A stretch of DNA of 64,000 nucleotides from an uncultured Bacteroidales bacterium (GCA_949297285.1 CASFRL010000116.1:4799-68798), one strand, 5' to 3'. Shown: positions 32,391 to 42,342, numbered from the stretch's first letter. The notes: generated from the sequence alone by a model not told the origin. Translations and numbers: made by a program.

Positions 32391-33155
32391 TTATTCTTTA
32401 ACGCCTGCCAATTCCGGGTCGATCATGATACGGCCACAATATTCGCAAACGATGATCTTTTTCCGTAATTTGATGTCAAGCTGTCTTTGAGGCGGAATTT
32501 TATTGAAACAACCACCGCAAGCATCACGCTGGATATAGACAACCGCCAGTCCGTTTCTTGCATTTTTCCGGATTCTTTTAAAAGCCGCCAATAAACGAGG
32601 TTCGATGTGCTGTTCTAATTTTTTAGCTTTTTCACGGAGTTTCTCTTCATCTTGCTTCGTTTCAGCTACAATTTCGTCCAATTCACCTTTTTTCTCAAGT
32701 AAGTCTGCTCTTCGTTCTTCAAGAAGGGTCTGACAATTTTCGACTTCTTCTTTTTTGGCTTTTTCTTGTGCGGAGAATTCTTTAATACGTTTTTCACAAA
32801 GTTCGATTTCCAGTGTCTGGAATTCAATTTCTTTGGTGAGAAAATCAAATTCTCGGTTATTTCTTACATTGTCTTGCTGTGCTGTATATTTATCGATCAG
32901 GGTCTGAGCATTTTGTATCTCAACCTTTTTTGCCGCAATAGCAGATTGCAACTCTTCTATTTCTGTATGAAAGTTTTGGACACGAGTTTCAAGACCGGCA
33001 ATCTCATCTTCAAGGTCTTGAACTTCCAACGGAAGCTCACCTCTTAAAGTTTTGATTCTATCGATCTCCGAGAGCATTGTTTGTAATTCGTACAGTGCTT
33101 TTAATCGATCTTCCACTGTATATTCTTTTTCAACTTTTGTCTTATCAGTAGCCAT
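32391..33155 (-). CDS. Coiled-coil protein with C4-type zinc ribbon (DUF164)
   Basis: Long coiled coil then CGGC...CEYCGRI. Confidence 0.9.
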   Translation of the reverse strand: MATDKTKVEKEYTVEDRLKALYELQTMLSEIDRIKTLRGELPLEVQDLEDEIAGLETRVQNFHTEIEELQSAIAAKKVEIQNAQTLIDKYTAQQDNVRNNREFDFLTKEIEFQTLEIELCEKRIKEFSAQEKAKKEEVENCQTLLEERRADLLEKKGELDEIVAETKQDEEKLREKAKKLEQHIEPRLLAAFKRIRKNARNGLAVVYIQRDACGGCFNKIPPQRQLDIKLRKKIIVCEYCGRIMIDPELAGVKE

Positions 33156-33157
33156 GC

Positions 33158-34252
33158 TTACAAATAATTTATCGGATTTGTTTCTACCTTTGTATAATGA
33201 ATTGCAAAGGTAGGGAATTTTTTTGTAATAATATCACAAAATATATCTTTTGTATATTGTTCAGTTTCATAATGTCCTACTTCTGTCAATAAGATATGTT
33301 CATCGTATCCGAAATAGTCATGATATTTGATTTCCCCTGTAATAAAAACATCTGCATCCGAGGCTATTGCCTGAGGTATTAAGAATGCTCCTGCCCCTCC
33401 GCATAACGCGACTCTGCGAATTCTTCGGTTTCGTAGATTCGAGTATTTTATGCATCCGGCATGAAATACAGTTTTGGTACGTTGTAGAAAATCCATTTCG
33501 TCCATAGGACATAAAAGTTCGCCAATTACTCCTGATCCTGACTTTATCCATTGATTCTCTATTTTGACAAAATCAAATGCGGGCTCTTCGTAAGGGTGAA
33601 CTTTTAGAAGTGCTTGTGTGATATTCTCTTTTAGATATTCAGGAAGAACAGTTTCGATCCTGACTTCTTCTTCTTGATGTAAATTGCCTATGGTTCCACA
33701 GTATGGGTGCGTATCGGGTCCGGCACGAAAAGTGCCTACTCCTTTACTGTTATAACTACATAGATCATAATCTCCGATATTTCCGCATCCGGCTGCAAAT
33801 AGAGCCTCTCTTACAGAGGTTGCATGATCTGTGGGAACATATACAACCAACTTCAATAATTTCCTATTTTGCGGCATCAGAATAGACAGATTGGTCAACC
33901 CGAGCTTTTCTGCCATTTTGAAATTGACTCCAGACCAAGCGTTATCTAAATTTGTATGAGATGCATAAATCGCAATGCGATGACGGATAGCCTTTATAAT
34001 AGTCCTTTCTATGTAATTTTTTCCGGTAAGGGATTTGATACCTTTAAAAAGCAAAGGATGGTGTGATATAATTAAATTTGCGCCTAAGTTGACGGCTTCA
34101 TCGACAACTTCTTCGGTAACATCTATGCATAAAAGTACTCCGGTAGCTTCGCTGTCCTTATCTCCTACTTGCCAACCGGCATTGTCATACTCTTCTTGTA
34201 AAGGCAGCGGAGCTACTTCTTCTATGGCTTGTATTATATCACGAACTTTCAT
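33158..34252 (-). CDS. Nif3-like dinuclear metal centre protein
   Basis: YDNAG, SHHPL, HTNLD, HPYEEP, GHYETE. Confidence 0.93.
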   Translation of the reverse strand: MKVRDIIQAIEEVAPLPLQEEYDNAGWQVGDKDSEATGVLLCIDVTEEVVDEAVNLGANLIISHHPLLFKGIKSLTGKNYIERTIIKAIRHRIAIYASHTNLDNAWSGVNFKMAEKLGLTNLSILMPQNRKLLKLVVYVPTDHATSVREALFAAGCGNIGDYDLCSYNSKGVGTFRAGPDTHPYCGTIGNLHQEEEVRIETVLPEYLKENITQALLKVHPYEEPAFDFVKIENQWIKSGSGVIGELLCPMDEMDFLQRTKTVFHAGCIKYSNLRNRRIRRVALCGGAGAFLIPQAIASDADVFITGEIKYHDYFGYDEHILLTEVGHYETEQYTKDIFCDIITKKFPTFAIHYTKVETNPINYL

Positions 34253-34260
34253 CTCTGCAA

Positions 34261-36018
34261 TTATTTGTCGTGGATATCCAGTTTCAATTGTAATTCTTCT
34301 AATTGTGATTCGTCTAATACTGACGGGGCTCCACTCATGGTATCTCGACCAGAATTGTTTTTGGGGAAAGCTATACAGTCTCTGATCGAATCTAATCCTG
34401 CAAATAGAGAGACCAATCGATCCAATCCGAACGCTAACCCTCCGTGAGGCGGGGCACCATATTTAAATGCATTTATCAAGAATCCAAATTGGTATTGGGC
34501 TTTTTCTTCGGTGAATCCGAGGATTCTGAACATTTTGTCTTGCAGTTCGCTATCGTGTATTCGGATAGATCCGCCACCTAATTCGACGCCATTGAATACC
34601 ATGTCATAGGCATTGGCTCTCACTTTGCCGGGGTCGCTATCCAGTAAATCTATGTCATTAAGATTGGGCGATGTAAATGGGTGATGCATAGCATAGTAAC
34701 GTTGGGTTTCTTCGTCCCACTCCAATAATGGAAAATCGATAACCCATAATGGTGCAAATTTATTTTTATCGCGTAATCCCAACCGAGTACCCATTTCAAG
34801 ACGTAATTCACAAAGAGCCTTTTGTGTTTTGGTTTTTTCACCGGCAAGAATTAGAATTAAATCTCCGGGATTGGCATTGAACCGTTCTGCCCATTTCTTT
34901 AAATCTTCTGCTGTATAGAATTTATCTACGGATGATTTAAATGATCCGTTTTCGTCATAACGGACATATACCAAGCCTTTGGCGCCAACTTGAGGACGTT
35001 TTACAAATTCCGTAAGTTCATCCAGTTGTTTTCTCGTATATGAGGCACAGCCTTTGGCACAGATACCGGCAACATATTCGGCATTGTCAAAAACTCCGAA
35101 ATTTTTTCCTTCAGTCAGATCCTTCAGTTCGACAAATTGCATTCCGAAACGCAAATCGGGCTTATCGCTTCCGTAATATTTCATGGCATCGGCCCATGTC
35201 ATTCTTGGGAAAGGGTCTTTGAAATCGATCTGTTTGATTTCTTTGAAAAGGTGTTTGATCATTCCTTCAAAAATGTTCAAGACATCTTCTTGTTCGACAA
35301 ATGACATTTCACAGTCGATTTGTGTAAATTCCGGTTGCCTGTCAGCTCGCAAATCTTCGTCTCTGAAACATTTTACAATTTGAAAATAACGGTCAAAAAC
35401 GGAAACCATCAATAATTGTTTGAATGTTTGTGGAGATTGTGGCAAGGCATAAAATTCTCCCGGATTCATTCTTGAGGGTACGACAAAATCTCGAGCCCCT
35501 TCGGGTGTAGATTTTATCAGCATGGGAGTTTCTATTTCAAGGAAATTTTGCTGATCAAGATATTTACGGACCTCAAAAGCTATTTTGTGGCGTAATTCTA
35601 AATTTTTCCGGACGCAGTTTCTCCTTAAATCCAGATAACGATATTGCATTCGCAAATCATCTCCACCATCACTTTCATCTTCAATTGTAAAAGGGGGAAT
35701 TTCCGAAGAGTGCAATATAACCAGATTGTTGACAATCAGTTCTATATCTCCGGTCGGTATATTTTTGTTTTTGTTCGATCTTTCTTTTACGATTCCGGAA
35801 ACTTGAATTACAAATTCTCTTCCTAATTTATTCGCCAGATCGCAAAGTTCCGGATCATTCTCATGATTAAATACCAATTGAGTAATACCGTAACGGTCAC
35901 GAATATCAATGAAAGTCATCCCTCCCATTTTTCGTATTCGTTGTACCCAACCGGCTAATGTTACGTTTTTATCCTTATCGGAAATACGCAACTCCCCACA
36001 CGTATGAGTTCTGTACAT
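34261..36018 (-). CDS. aspS: Aspartate--tRNA ligase
   Basis: [44 protein letters not shown]. Confidence 0.97.
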   Translation of the reverse strand: MYRTHTCGELRISDKDKNVTLAGWVQRIRKMGGMTFIDIRDRYGITQLVFNHENDPELCDLANKLGREFVIQVSGIVKERSNKNKNIPTGDIELIVNNLVILHSSEIPPFTIEDESDGGDDLRMQYRYLDLRRNCVRKNLELRHKIAFEVRKYLDQQNFLEIETPMLIKSTPEGARDFVVPSRMNPGEFYALPQSPQTFKQLLMVSVFDRYFQIVKCFRDEDLRADRQPEFTQIDCEMSFVEQEDVLNIFEGMIKHLFKEIKQIDFKDPFPRMTWADAMKYYGSDKPDLRFGMQFVELKDLTEGKNFGVFDNAEYVAGICAKGCASYTRKQLDELTEFVKRPQVGAKGLVYVRYDENGSFKSSVDKFYTAEDLKKWAERFNANPGDLILILAGEKTKTQKALCELRLEMGTRLGLRDKNKFAPLWVIDFPLLEWDEETQRYYAMHHPFTSPNLNDIDLLDSDPGKVRANAYDMVFNGVELGGGSIRIHDSELQDKMFRILGFTEEKAQYQFGFLINAFKYGAPPHGGLAFGLDRLVSLFAGLDSIRDCIAFPKNNSGRDTMSGAPSVLDESQLEELQLKLDIHDK

Positions 36019-36155
36019 ATTTTATTTTTTTAATTTAAATAACCATTGAATTTCTCGCATATTATGGCAGAGAAATATAGTTATGCAAAATTATAACAAA
36101 ACATCATTTGTACAAGCAAAGCTGCGGGAAAGTTTCATCGATATTGTCTTATTGC

Positions 36156-36647
36156 TTATCTCAGTTCTTTTAACTGTTTCTTTAAAGAGATTTTTATGTT
36201 GTGAATTTGGCTTTTTACCGTACCGAGGGGAATATTTAGTTTTTTAGCGATTTCATCGTATTGATAGTTTGATAAATACAAGCCAAAAATTATACGATTT
36301 CCTTTACTCATTTCTGCGATAACTTTATTTATCCATTCCAAATCATAATTTGCATCGGTTCCGTCTATTATATATGGCTCCGATATAAGTTCATCTATAC
36401 GACAAACCAATTTTTTCGTTAACAGATGTTTGCGATAGTCGTTGATAAATGTATTTTTCATAACGGTAAACATCCAAGCACCTAAATTGGTGTTTTTGAT
36501 GAACCTTTCTTTGTGTTCTAATGTTTTAAGCAAAGTATCTTGTAACAGATCTTTTGCTGCCTCGTTATCTTTGGTCAACAAATATGCGAACCGATATAAA
36601 AATGGTTGCAATTTGGTTAATTCATCAACGAGATTTATTATTTTCAT
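36156..36647 (-). CDS. ECF RNA polymerase sigma factor (orphan)
   Basis: Region 2 AKDLLQDT/W..VMKNTFIN; region 4 YDEIAKKLNIPLGTVKSQI. Confidence 0.9.
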   Translation of the reverse strand: MKIINLVDELTKLQPFLYRFAYLLTKDNEAAKDLLQDTLLKTLEHKERFIKNTNLGAWMFTVMKNTFINDYRKHLLTKKLVCRIDELISEPYIIDGTDANYDLEWINKVIAEMSKGNRIIFGLYLSNYQYDEIAKKLNIPLGTVKSQIHNIKISLKKQLKELR

Positions 36648-36668
36648 AATAGATTTCTATATTTTTGT

Positions 36669-36791
36669 AAAAAACCTCCGCTGATAAAAGTGATCTCACC
36701 TACTTTTATAAAAACACAATATAACGTGTCCAGCGGAGGCTATAAATGTCTTGCTGCACGTTATATTGTTTTCCCATTACGTAGGTGAGAT
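36669..36791 (-). ncRNA. Candidate structured cis-regulatory leader RNA or sRNA upstream of the ECF sigma gene
   Basis: Perfect stems of 11, 13, 9 and 8 bp within 123 nt; ends in U6; begins just after a TAnnTTTG box. Confidence 0.7.
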
Positions 36792-36794
36792 GCG

Positions 36795-36802
36795 CAAAAA
36801 TA
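36795..36802 (-). promoter_or_regulatory. -7 promoter box for the leader/ECF transcript
   Basis: TATTTTTG (TAnnTTTG) on the minus strand; no clear -33 box at standard spacing. Confidence 0.55.
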
Positions 36803-36880
36803 CAGATAATTTTTAATAATCTATATTTTCTTGCAAAATATTACTTAAAGAAAAAGCGAATAAATACCGAATTATAAAAA

Positions 36881-36912
36881 AAACTCCGCTTATTTAAAGA
36901 TAAGCGGAGTTT
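36881..36912 (-). terminator. Terminator of the perR-rubrerythrin operon
   Basis: 13-bp stem AAACTCCGCTTAT/ATAAGCGGAGTTT plus T tract. Confidence 0.9.
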
Positions 36913-36935
36913 AAAAACATTATTATAATATGTCT

Positions 36936-37490
36936 TTATTTTTTGAAATAACGATTGTATAATCCTTCGAAACCTTTTCCGTGACGTGCTTCGTCTTTGC
37001 ACATTTCATGGACAGTATCGTGGATTGCATCTAAGTTTTGTTGTTTTGCCAATGTTGCGATTCTTTTTTTGTCTTCGCAAGCTCCGGCTTCAGCTTCCAT
37101 CCGTTTTTTCAAGTTTGTTTTAGTATCCCATACAACATCACCTAATAATTCGGCAAATTTTGCTGCATGTTCTGCTTCTTCCCATGCATAGCGTTTGAAT
37201 GCTTCTGCTACTTCGGGATAACCTTCACGGTCTGCCTGACGACTCATGGCCAAATACATACCCACCTCTGTGCATTCTCCCGTAAAATGAGCATTTAGTC
37301 CTTCTAAAATTTCGGCATCAACACCTTTGGCAATACCTAATACATGTTCGTCAACAAATTGCAATGCACCTTCTGTTTCAACAAGTTCTTTAAATTTACT
37401 TTTAGGTTGTTTACATTGTGGGCAAAATTCTGGAGCTTCTTCACCTTCATAAACATAACCGCAAACTGTGCAAATAAATTTCTTTTTCAT
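36936..37490 (-). CDS. Reverse rubrerythrin / NADH peroxidase
   Basis: N-terminal rubredoxin CTVCGY..CPQC; diiron EEAEHA and DEARH motifs. Confidence 0.93.
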   Translation of the reverse strand: MKKKFICTVCGYVYEGEEAPEFCPQCKQPKSKFKELVETEGALQFVDEHVLGIAKGVDAEILEGLNAHFTGECTEVGMYLAMSRQADREGYPEVAEAFKRYAWEEAEHAAKFAELLGDVVWDTKTNLKKRMEAEAGACEDKKRIATLAKQQNLDAIHDTVHEMCKDEARHGKGFEGLYNRYFKK

Positions 37491-37511
37491 AATGTAAGAA
37501 TTTGAATTTAA

Positions 37512-37940
37512 TTAATTTATGTTTGTATCTATATTTTCTTGGCATTGTTTGCAATAACCTTTGCAATAAATCTGGGTTTCTGTAATTTTTATTTCTCCCA
37601 AATTTTCTCCAAATATATTCTCTTCTTTTATCGGCAAATCTTTTATACATCCACATCTGTTGCATTTAAAATGTGCATGGGGAGCTATATTGGCGTCATA
37701 TCGACAATTTTTGTCATCAATGGTCAACATTTGTACGGCTCCTTGTTCTACAAGTATTTTTAATGTGTTGTATACTGTTGTGCGTGAAAGAGTAGGAATG
37801 TTAGGATATAATTCACTGAAAATCATTTCTACCGTAGGGTGATTTTCATTTCCGATCAAATAGTCCATAATGGCGATTCTTTGTAATGAAGGTTTTATAC
37901 CATTAGCGACCAATCTTGTATATCCTTTTTCTTTTTTCAT
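37512..37940 (-). CDS. Fur-family peroxide-sensing repressor (PerR-like)
   Basis: HPTVE, SRTTVYNTL, HAHFKCNRCG, CKQC; upstream of rubrerythrin. Confidence 0.88.
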   Translation of the reverse strand: MKKEKGYTRLVANGIKPSLQRIAIMDYLIGNENHPTVEMIFSELYPNIPTLSRTTVYNTLKILVEQGAVQMLTIDDKNCRYDANIAPHAHFKCNRCGCIKDLPIKEENIFGENLGEIKITETQIYCKGYCKQCQENIDTNIN

Positions 37941-37945
37941 TTTAT

Positions 37946-37964
37946 ATTTGTAATGATTACAAAT
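37946..37964. promoter_or_regulatory. Per-box-like operator
   Basis: Perfect 9-1-9 palindrome ATTTGTAAT-G-ATTACAAAT between the promoter and the start codon. Confidence 0.8.
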
Positions 37965-37976
37965 TTTAATTCAATA

Positions 37977-38007
37977 CAAAAGTATAAACTATTTTTTTAT
38001 CTGACAA
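37977..38007 (-). promoter_or_regulatory. Promoter of the perR-rubrerythrin operon
   Basis: TTG-N20-TACTTTTG on the minus strand. Confidence 0.65.
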
Positions 38008-38084
38008 TTACATTCACAAAGATTAACTAAAAAGAGAAATCTTTTGATTCACTAAAATAGGGATGAGAGATTTTGTATTATAAA

Positions 38085-38119
38085 ACTATTCCCCGACAGA
38101 TCGTCTGTCGGGGAATAGT
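38085..38119 (-). terminator. Intrinsic terminator
   Basis: Perfect 16-bp stem ACTATTCCCCGACAGA/TCTGTCGGGGAATAGT, 3-nt loop. Confidence 0.85.
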
Positions 38120-38149
38120 AACAAAGATATATTGGGGTAATGTGTTAAA

Positions 38150-38632
38150 TCATTTTACGTCAGACATTAATTTTTCGAAAAACTCATCCAATTCTTTATC
38201 TATTTTATCCAGAAAATTATCTTCTAAATAGATCATGTCTTTATCATATGTTGCTAATTCGCAAATTTGCTCGAAATTTTCGTCGACCAAAATTATGGAA
38301 AATGGTCCTACGAAATCGAGAGTTTCAAATTTTTGTCTCAGATCTTCTGTATTTAGGACATATTTTAAAGATTCGATAACTGCTTCTTCAAAATTTTCAG
38401 AATTTTCTTTTAAATCATTCCAATTGTCGATTGTTTCTTGCAGTAGGATATTTTCGGAGTCATCATAAATAATAAGCGACAGATCGTCATATTTTACACA
38501 TATATACATATCTGTCATGCAACTTTCTTCAGTTTTTATTTTTTCTATGGCGTTTATAAATACTGAAGAAATATCTTCATAAAGTTTTTCTTTTATGGCT
38601 TCCATTCTGTTTACCCTCCTATTTTTATCCAA
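38150..38632 (-). CDS. Acidic hypothetical protein
   Basis: Asp/Glu-rich ORF with GPFSIILVDE and C-terminal DKELDEFFEKL; start may be the second Met. Confidence 0.7.
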   Translation of the reverse strand: MDKNRRVNRMEAIKEKLYEDISSVFINAIEKIKTEESCMTDMYICVKYDDLSLIIYDDSENILLQETIDNWNDLKENSENFEEAVIESLKYVLNTEDLRQKFETLDFVGPFSIILVDENFEQICELATYDKDMIYLEDNFLDKIDKELDEFFEKLMSDVK

Positions 38633-38708
38633 AGATACGCAAAATCAGAAATAGGTATATTCCTTTTAGGAAATAAAATTTCAAAAATTACTATTCTGCT
38701 GTATATTC

Positions 38709-39407
38709 TTATTCTTCTTTAGATTTATAAGGATTCAACGGATCTCGCATTGATAACTCTCGACGGTCTTTTGCAAATTGGACAAAATAAATTATAAAAA
38801 GGAAAATGGCAATAGCGAAGCCTAAAATATCAAATATACCGAATTGTTTGTCGCATATATTATATTGAACTTTCGACCATGGTGTATAAATATATAGGGT
38901 GTTCATCAATATTACTACTAATCGAAACTCCGTCGGTCCGAAACTGCTATATGTCAGTCGAAATTCTTCTTTCAAAATAGTCGTAATATATGTATAGACA
39001 GAAAGGGTCAGATATCCGGCCAATACCAATAGTGCAATATCTAAACGGAACATGGGTGAAAGTCCTGCGCTGACACACATGATTCCGATAGTCAAGGCAT
39101 CGAGCGTATGGTCTATAAAGAAACCATATATAGGTCGCTGGGTATTTCTTACACGGGCTAAAGTGCCATCTAAACTATCTCCGTACCAATTCAAAACGAT
39201 TCCAAATGAACTTAGCCATAAATACATGACGTTCCAGTTTGCCAGGATACATCCTAAAGCGTAAACTATCGCGCCGAACACGCCCAAAAATGTTAAGAAA
39301 TCGGACGTAACCCAACGCGGTTGTTTTTTTGCAAGCCAGACTAATGCCATTTTTTCAGCTTTACTAAGAAATGAAGTCTGTATTCTGTTTGACATTTCTT
39401 TTCCCAT
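38709..39407 (-). CDS. CDP-alcohol phosphatidyltransferase family protein
   Basis: GDSLDGTLAR...YGFFIDHTLD signature. Confidence 0.9.
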   Translation of the reverse strand: MGKEMSNRIQTSFLSKAEKMALVWLAKKQPRWVTSDFLTFLGVFGAIVYALGCILANWNVMYLWLSSFGIVLNWYGDSLDGTLARVRNTQRPIYGFFIDHTLDALTIGIMCVSAGLSPMFRLDIALLVLAGYLTLSVYTYITTILKEEFRLTYSSFGPTEFRLVVILMNTLYIYTPWSKVQYNICDKQFGIFDILGFAIAIFLFIIYFVQFAKDRRELSMRDPLNPYKSKEE

Positions 39408-39475
39408 AACGATTGTTCTCTTTTATAAATCACACATTCAATTTTATAATTCTTTTTTATCTCAGTTCTTATTTC

Positions 39476-39503
39476 TACGATCAATATAAATTTATTGATC
39501 GTA
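39476..39503. other. Intra-operon hairpin
   Basis: 11-bp stem TACGATCAATA/TATTGATCGTA. Confidence 0.5.
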
Positions 39504-39515
39504 AAAAGTTATATT

Positions 39516-40226
39516 TCAAATTTTAATATCCAACATTATTTCGGCAATACGAAAATCCTCAGGATAAGTCAGTTTCAAATTGCGGCGATCTCCTTTTACT
39601 ATATAGAGCGGACCGTATTTCAATTCAGCCATTAATGTATAAAGTGATTGAGATTTGAGATTGCGGTGATCGGCCTCGTTGTATGCTTTTTTTAAATCGG
39701 ATAAGAAAAATGTATGCGGAGTTTGAGCCCGATACATCCATTCTCGAGGGTAGCATTGTTCAGAAGCGATCCCGTCTATACTATACATTACTGCTTCGTT
39801 GTCGCGAATTGCTGTTATTGCATTGCCTTTGTCCCGACACACAGAAATGCAGTCGGAAATGATTCGTGCCGAAATTAAAGGACGGACAGCTTCATGTACT
39901 AAAACAATGTCTGTATCCGGGTTACCGGTCTGGTATAGATTATCGATTCCATTATGAATCGATGTATGACTATCTGGTCCTCCTTTAAAAATATGTTTTA
40001 CTTTCTGTAAATGATTGTTTTTTATTAGTCGATAGATATAATTTTTCCATTCATCCTGACATACGATTGCAATTTCGTCTATCTGAGGATGTCGTTCGAA
40101 AGCCTGTATCGTATGTAAGATTACAGGTTTCCCACGAAGTGAAATAAATTGCTTAGGAATATCGGCATGCATCCGTTCGCCATATCCTCCTGCCAAGAGC
40201 AATGCTATATTCCGTGCTTTTTCCAT
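39516..40226 (-). CDS. IspD/TarI family cytidylyltransferase
   Basis: LLAGGYGERM..PKQF, VLVHEAVRP, AQTPH, NLKLTYPED. Confidence 0.88.
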   Translation of the reverse strand: MEKARNIALLLAGGYGERMHADIPKQFISLRGKPVILHTIQAFERHPQIDEIAIVCQDEWKNYIYRLIKNNHLQKVKHIFKGGPDSHTSIHNGIDNLYQTGNPDTDIVLVHEAVRPLISARIISDCISVCRDKGNAITAIRDNEAVMYSIDGIASEQCYPREWMYRAQTPHTFFLSDLKKAYNEADHRNLKSQSLYTLMAELKYGPLYIVKGDRRNLKLTYPEDFRIAEIMLDIKI

Positions 40227-40246
40227 ATCAATTAAATAACTCTTTT

Positions 40247-41161
40247 TTATTTACAAAACTCTGTTTCTATCTCTTTACATAACTTTTCATGCTTGTACCG
40301 CATATAAAAGAAGAGCAAGTTAAGAATTGTTGCTTCAAATACAAAAAATATCCACGGTTCACCGATCAATACCGATATATATAATACAATGGCCCTTGTG
40401 TCGAATGTAAGGATATTGGTGTATTTCATTAACGGTTTACTCTTGGCACGAAAACTTTCTCGAAGTTCGGTCGGGAGTTGTGTTCCATAACGAGCCTTTA
40501 TTGCCGATAATAATTTCTGGCAAGCTGGAGACATCCGTTCCTGGCTTCGGGTATAACGTATGTAGAAAAACAGATATATTTTTTCGAACCAGTTTGATTT
40601 CCACGAAAGTGCATGCATTTTTTTCTTTTCTTCTACTGAAGAATCGAGTTCGGAACATTTTCCGCCTTTCTGAAAAAATATGTGGACATTCCGGTAATAG
40701 TCTGATAAAGCACATTGTTTGCTATGGCATATAAATCCTGAGAAAATAGCCAATACCCAAATCCATATTCCCCATTGTGGGGTAAGGCGCAAACAAATAA
40801 AAATATAGATGGCAAAAAACCATAGATCTCCAGCAAATCCATCGAGAATGCGCCCCAATAGACTTTTTTGATTGGTCATTCGAGCCAGTTGCCCATCGGC
40901 GCAATCATACCAATTTGCCCATATTAATAATATGATGCCCCAGATGGCATGATATAAGTCATCGTAATAAAACATATATCCTGCCAAAACGCCTAAAATA
41001 ATGGAAATAATTGTTACCACATTCGGGTGCACATGCAATTTGCGAAAAAGCAGTGCCCATAAATAGCCACAAGATCGGGTAACATAGATTTCAAAGAATC
41101 CCTCTGTATCTTCCGATTTTAGGGTTTGTTTTATCTTCTCTTTCAATGAATCGAACAGCAT
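40247..41161 (-). CDS. CDP-alcohol phosphatidyltransferase family protein
   Basis: HPNVVT, DCADGQLAR...GRILDGFAGD signature. Confidence 0.9.
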   Translation of the reverse strand: MLFDSLKEKIKQTLKSEDTEGFFEIYVTRSCGYLWALLFRKLHVHPNVVTIISIILGVLAGYMFYYDDLYHAIWGIILLIWANWYDCADGQLARMTNQKSLLGRILDGFAGDLWFFAIYIFICLRLTPQWGIWIWVLAIFSGFICHSKQCALSDYYRNVHIFFQKGGKCSELDSSVEEKKKMHALSWKSNWFEKIYLFFYIRYTRSQERMSPACQKLLSAIKARYGTQLPTELRESFRAKSKPLMKYTNILTFDTRAIVLYISVLIGEPWIFFVFEATILNLLFFYMRYKHEKLCKEIETEFCK

Positions 41162-41169
41162 ATTTTATT

Positions 41170-42189
41170 CTATTGACATTCTTTTTCGGGAACGAGGTTG
41201 CGGTTCCCTAATTTCATCAATCCGATTCCAATAATGATCCATATCAGTTCTCGCACACGCATAATCAATCCCATATAGACTCCATAGGCATATGGCATAG
41301 CCAAACCTCCTACTGCCAATGCCAAACCTCCTTCTCTCCCTCCCACTTGCATAGGTAGGAAAAAAAGTGCATTAGCAAATAGTGAAGTAAAAGCCAATAT
41401 CAAGATACAATCTCCATAACTTACTTCGGGTGTAAAAATAAGCAATATAAAGTAAATTTCCGCACATGAAAGAATTCGTGCGAAAAATTCTACGCCTAAC
41501 GACGAGTAAAATGTTATGCGATGTTTGCTGTGTAATTCTGCGGTTTGGTGATCGATGCGTTCCAAAACTTCTTGTTTGCGTTCAGCAAAACCTTTGGCCC
41601 AATTTTTTAAAAAAGGTATTTTGCCGAGATGTGCTATTCCTTTGCGAGTCAACCCTGTTTTATATCCTTTCAAGAAGAAGTATCCTCCCAAAAGGCAGAA
41701 CGCTCCGGCTACTGCCAGAAAAATGCATAGTCCGACTTCAAGATGTCTGAAGTACAGTATTATATAAAGTAATATGGAAAACAGCCAGAAGCAAAAATGA
41801 GAAAAGATATGCATCATTACGTATAAAATTACGCTTGAGGTTGCTTTTTCGACTCCGACATATGGGGTCAACTCCATAATGCGATACGGCTCCCCTCCCA
41901 TCAATCCGACGGGTGTGGTAGAATTTAGAGCAAAACCTGTTACCGTATATTTATATACTTTCCAGAAAGGAATTTTTCCACCATGAAATCCGTCATGGAT
42001 AATGATATACCATGCGCTGGCATTTAATAAATAGATCAATGCCCATAGTATTACGATAATTGGGAAACTCATCCCGGCTCTGCGTAGACTTTCGATCAAT
42101 TCTTTGTAAGAAATATCGAAAGTAAATAGCATAGCCGCTATCGCTACTATACCAAAGATTAAGAACAGGTTTCTATATTTACTCTTCAT
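41170..42189 (-). CDS. Lysylphosphatidylglycerol-synthase TM-domain (flippase-like) protein
   Basis: TPVGLMGGEPYR, P.QVGGREGG, multiple TM helices. Confidence 0.85.
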   Translation of the reverse strand: MKSKYRNLFLIFGIVAIAAMLFTFDISYKELIESLRRAGMSFPIIVILWALIYLLNASAWYIIIHDGFHGGKIPFWKVYKYTVTGFALNSTTPVGLMGGEPYRIMELTPYVGVEKATSSVILYVMMHIFSHFCFWLFSILLYIILYFRHLEVGLCIFLAVAGAFCLLGGYFFLKGYKTGLTRKGIAHLGKIPFLKNWAKGFAERKQEVLERIDHQTAELHSKHRITFYSSLGVEFFARILSCAEIYFILLIFTPEVSYGDCILILAFTSLFANALFFLPMQVGGREGGLALAVGGLAMPYAYGVYMGLIMRVRELIWIIIGIGLMKLGNRNLVPEKECQ

Positions 42190-42307
42190 CTACAAAAGGC
42201 CTCTATATTTGTTGTCAAGAGTTACTAAGAAATTATAGGGTTACATCTGTTTTGTCGTTTACCAACTTAATTTCTTGTTTAATTCCTTCCAAGTTTATAA
42301 AAACTAT

Positions 42308-42342
42308 GCGGATTTACAAAGTATTGAACTTTGTATATCCGC
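42308..42342 (-). other. Terminator-like hairpin upstream of the lipid operon
   Basis: GCGGATTTACAAAGT/ACTTTGTATATCCGC (14 of 15 pairs), followed by ATAGTTTTT on the minus strand. Confidence 0.55.
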
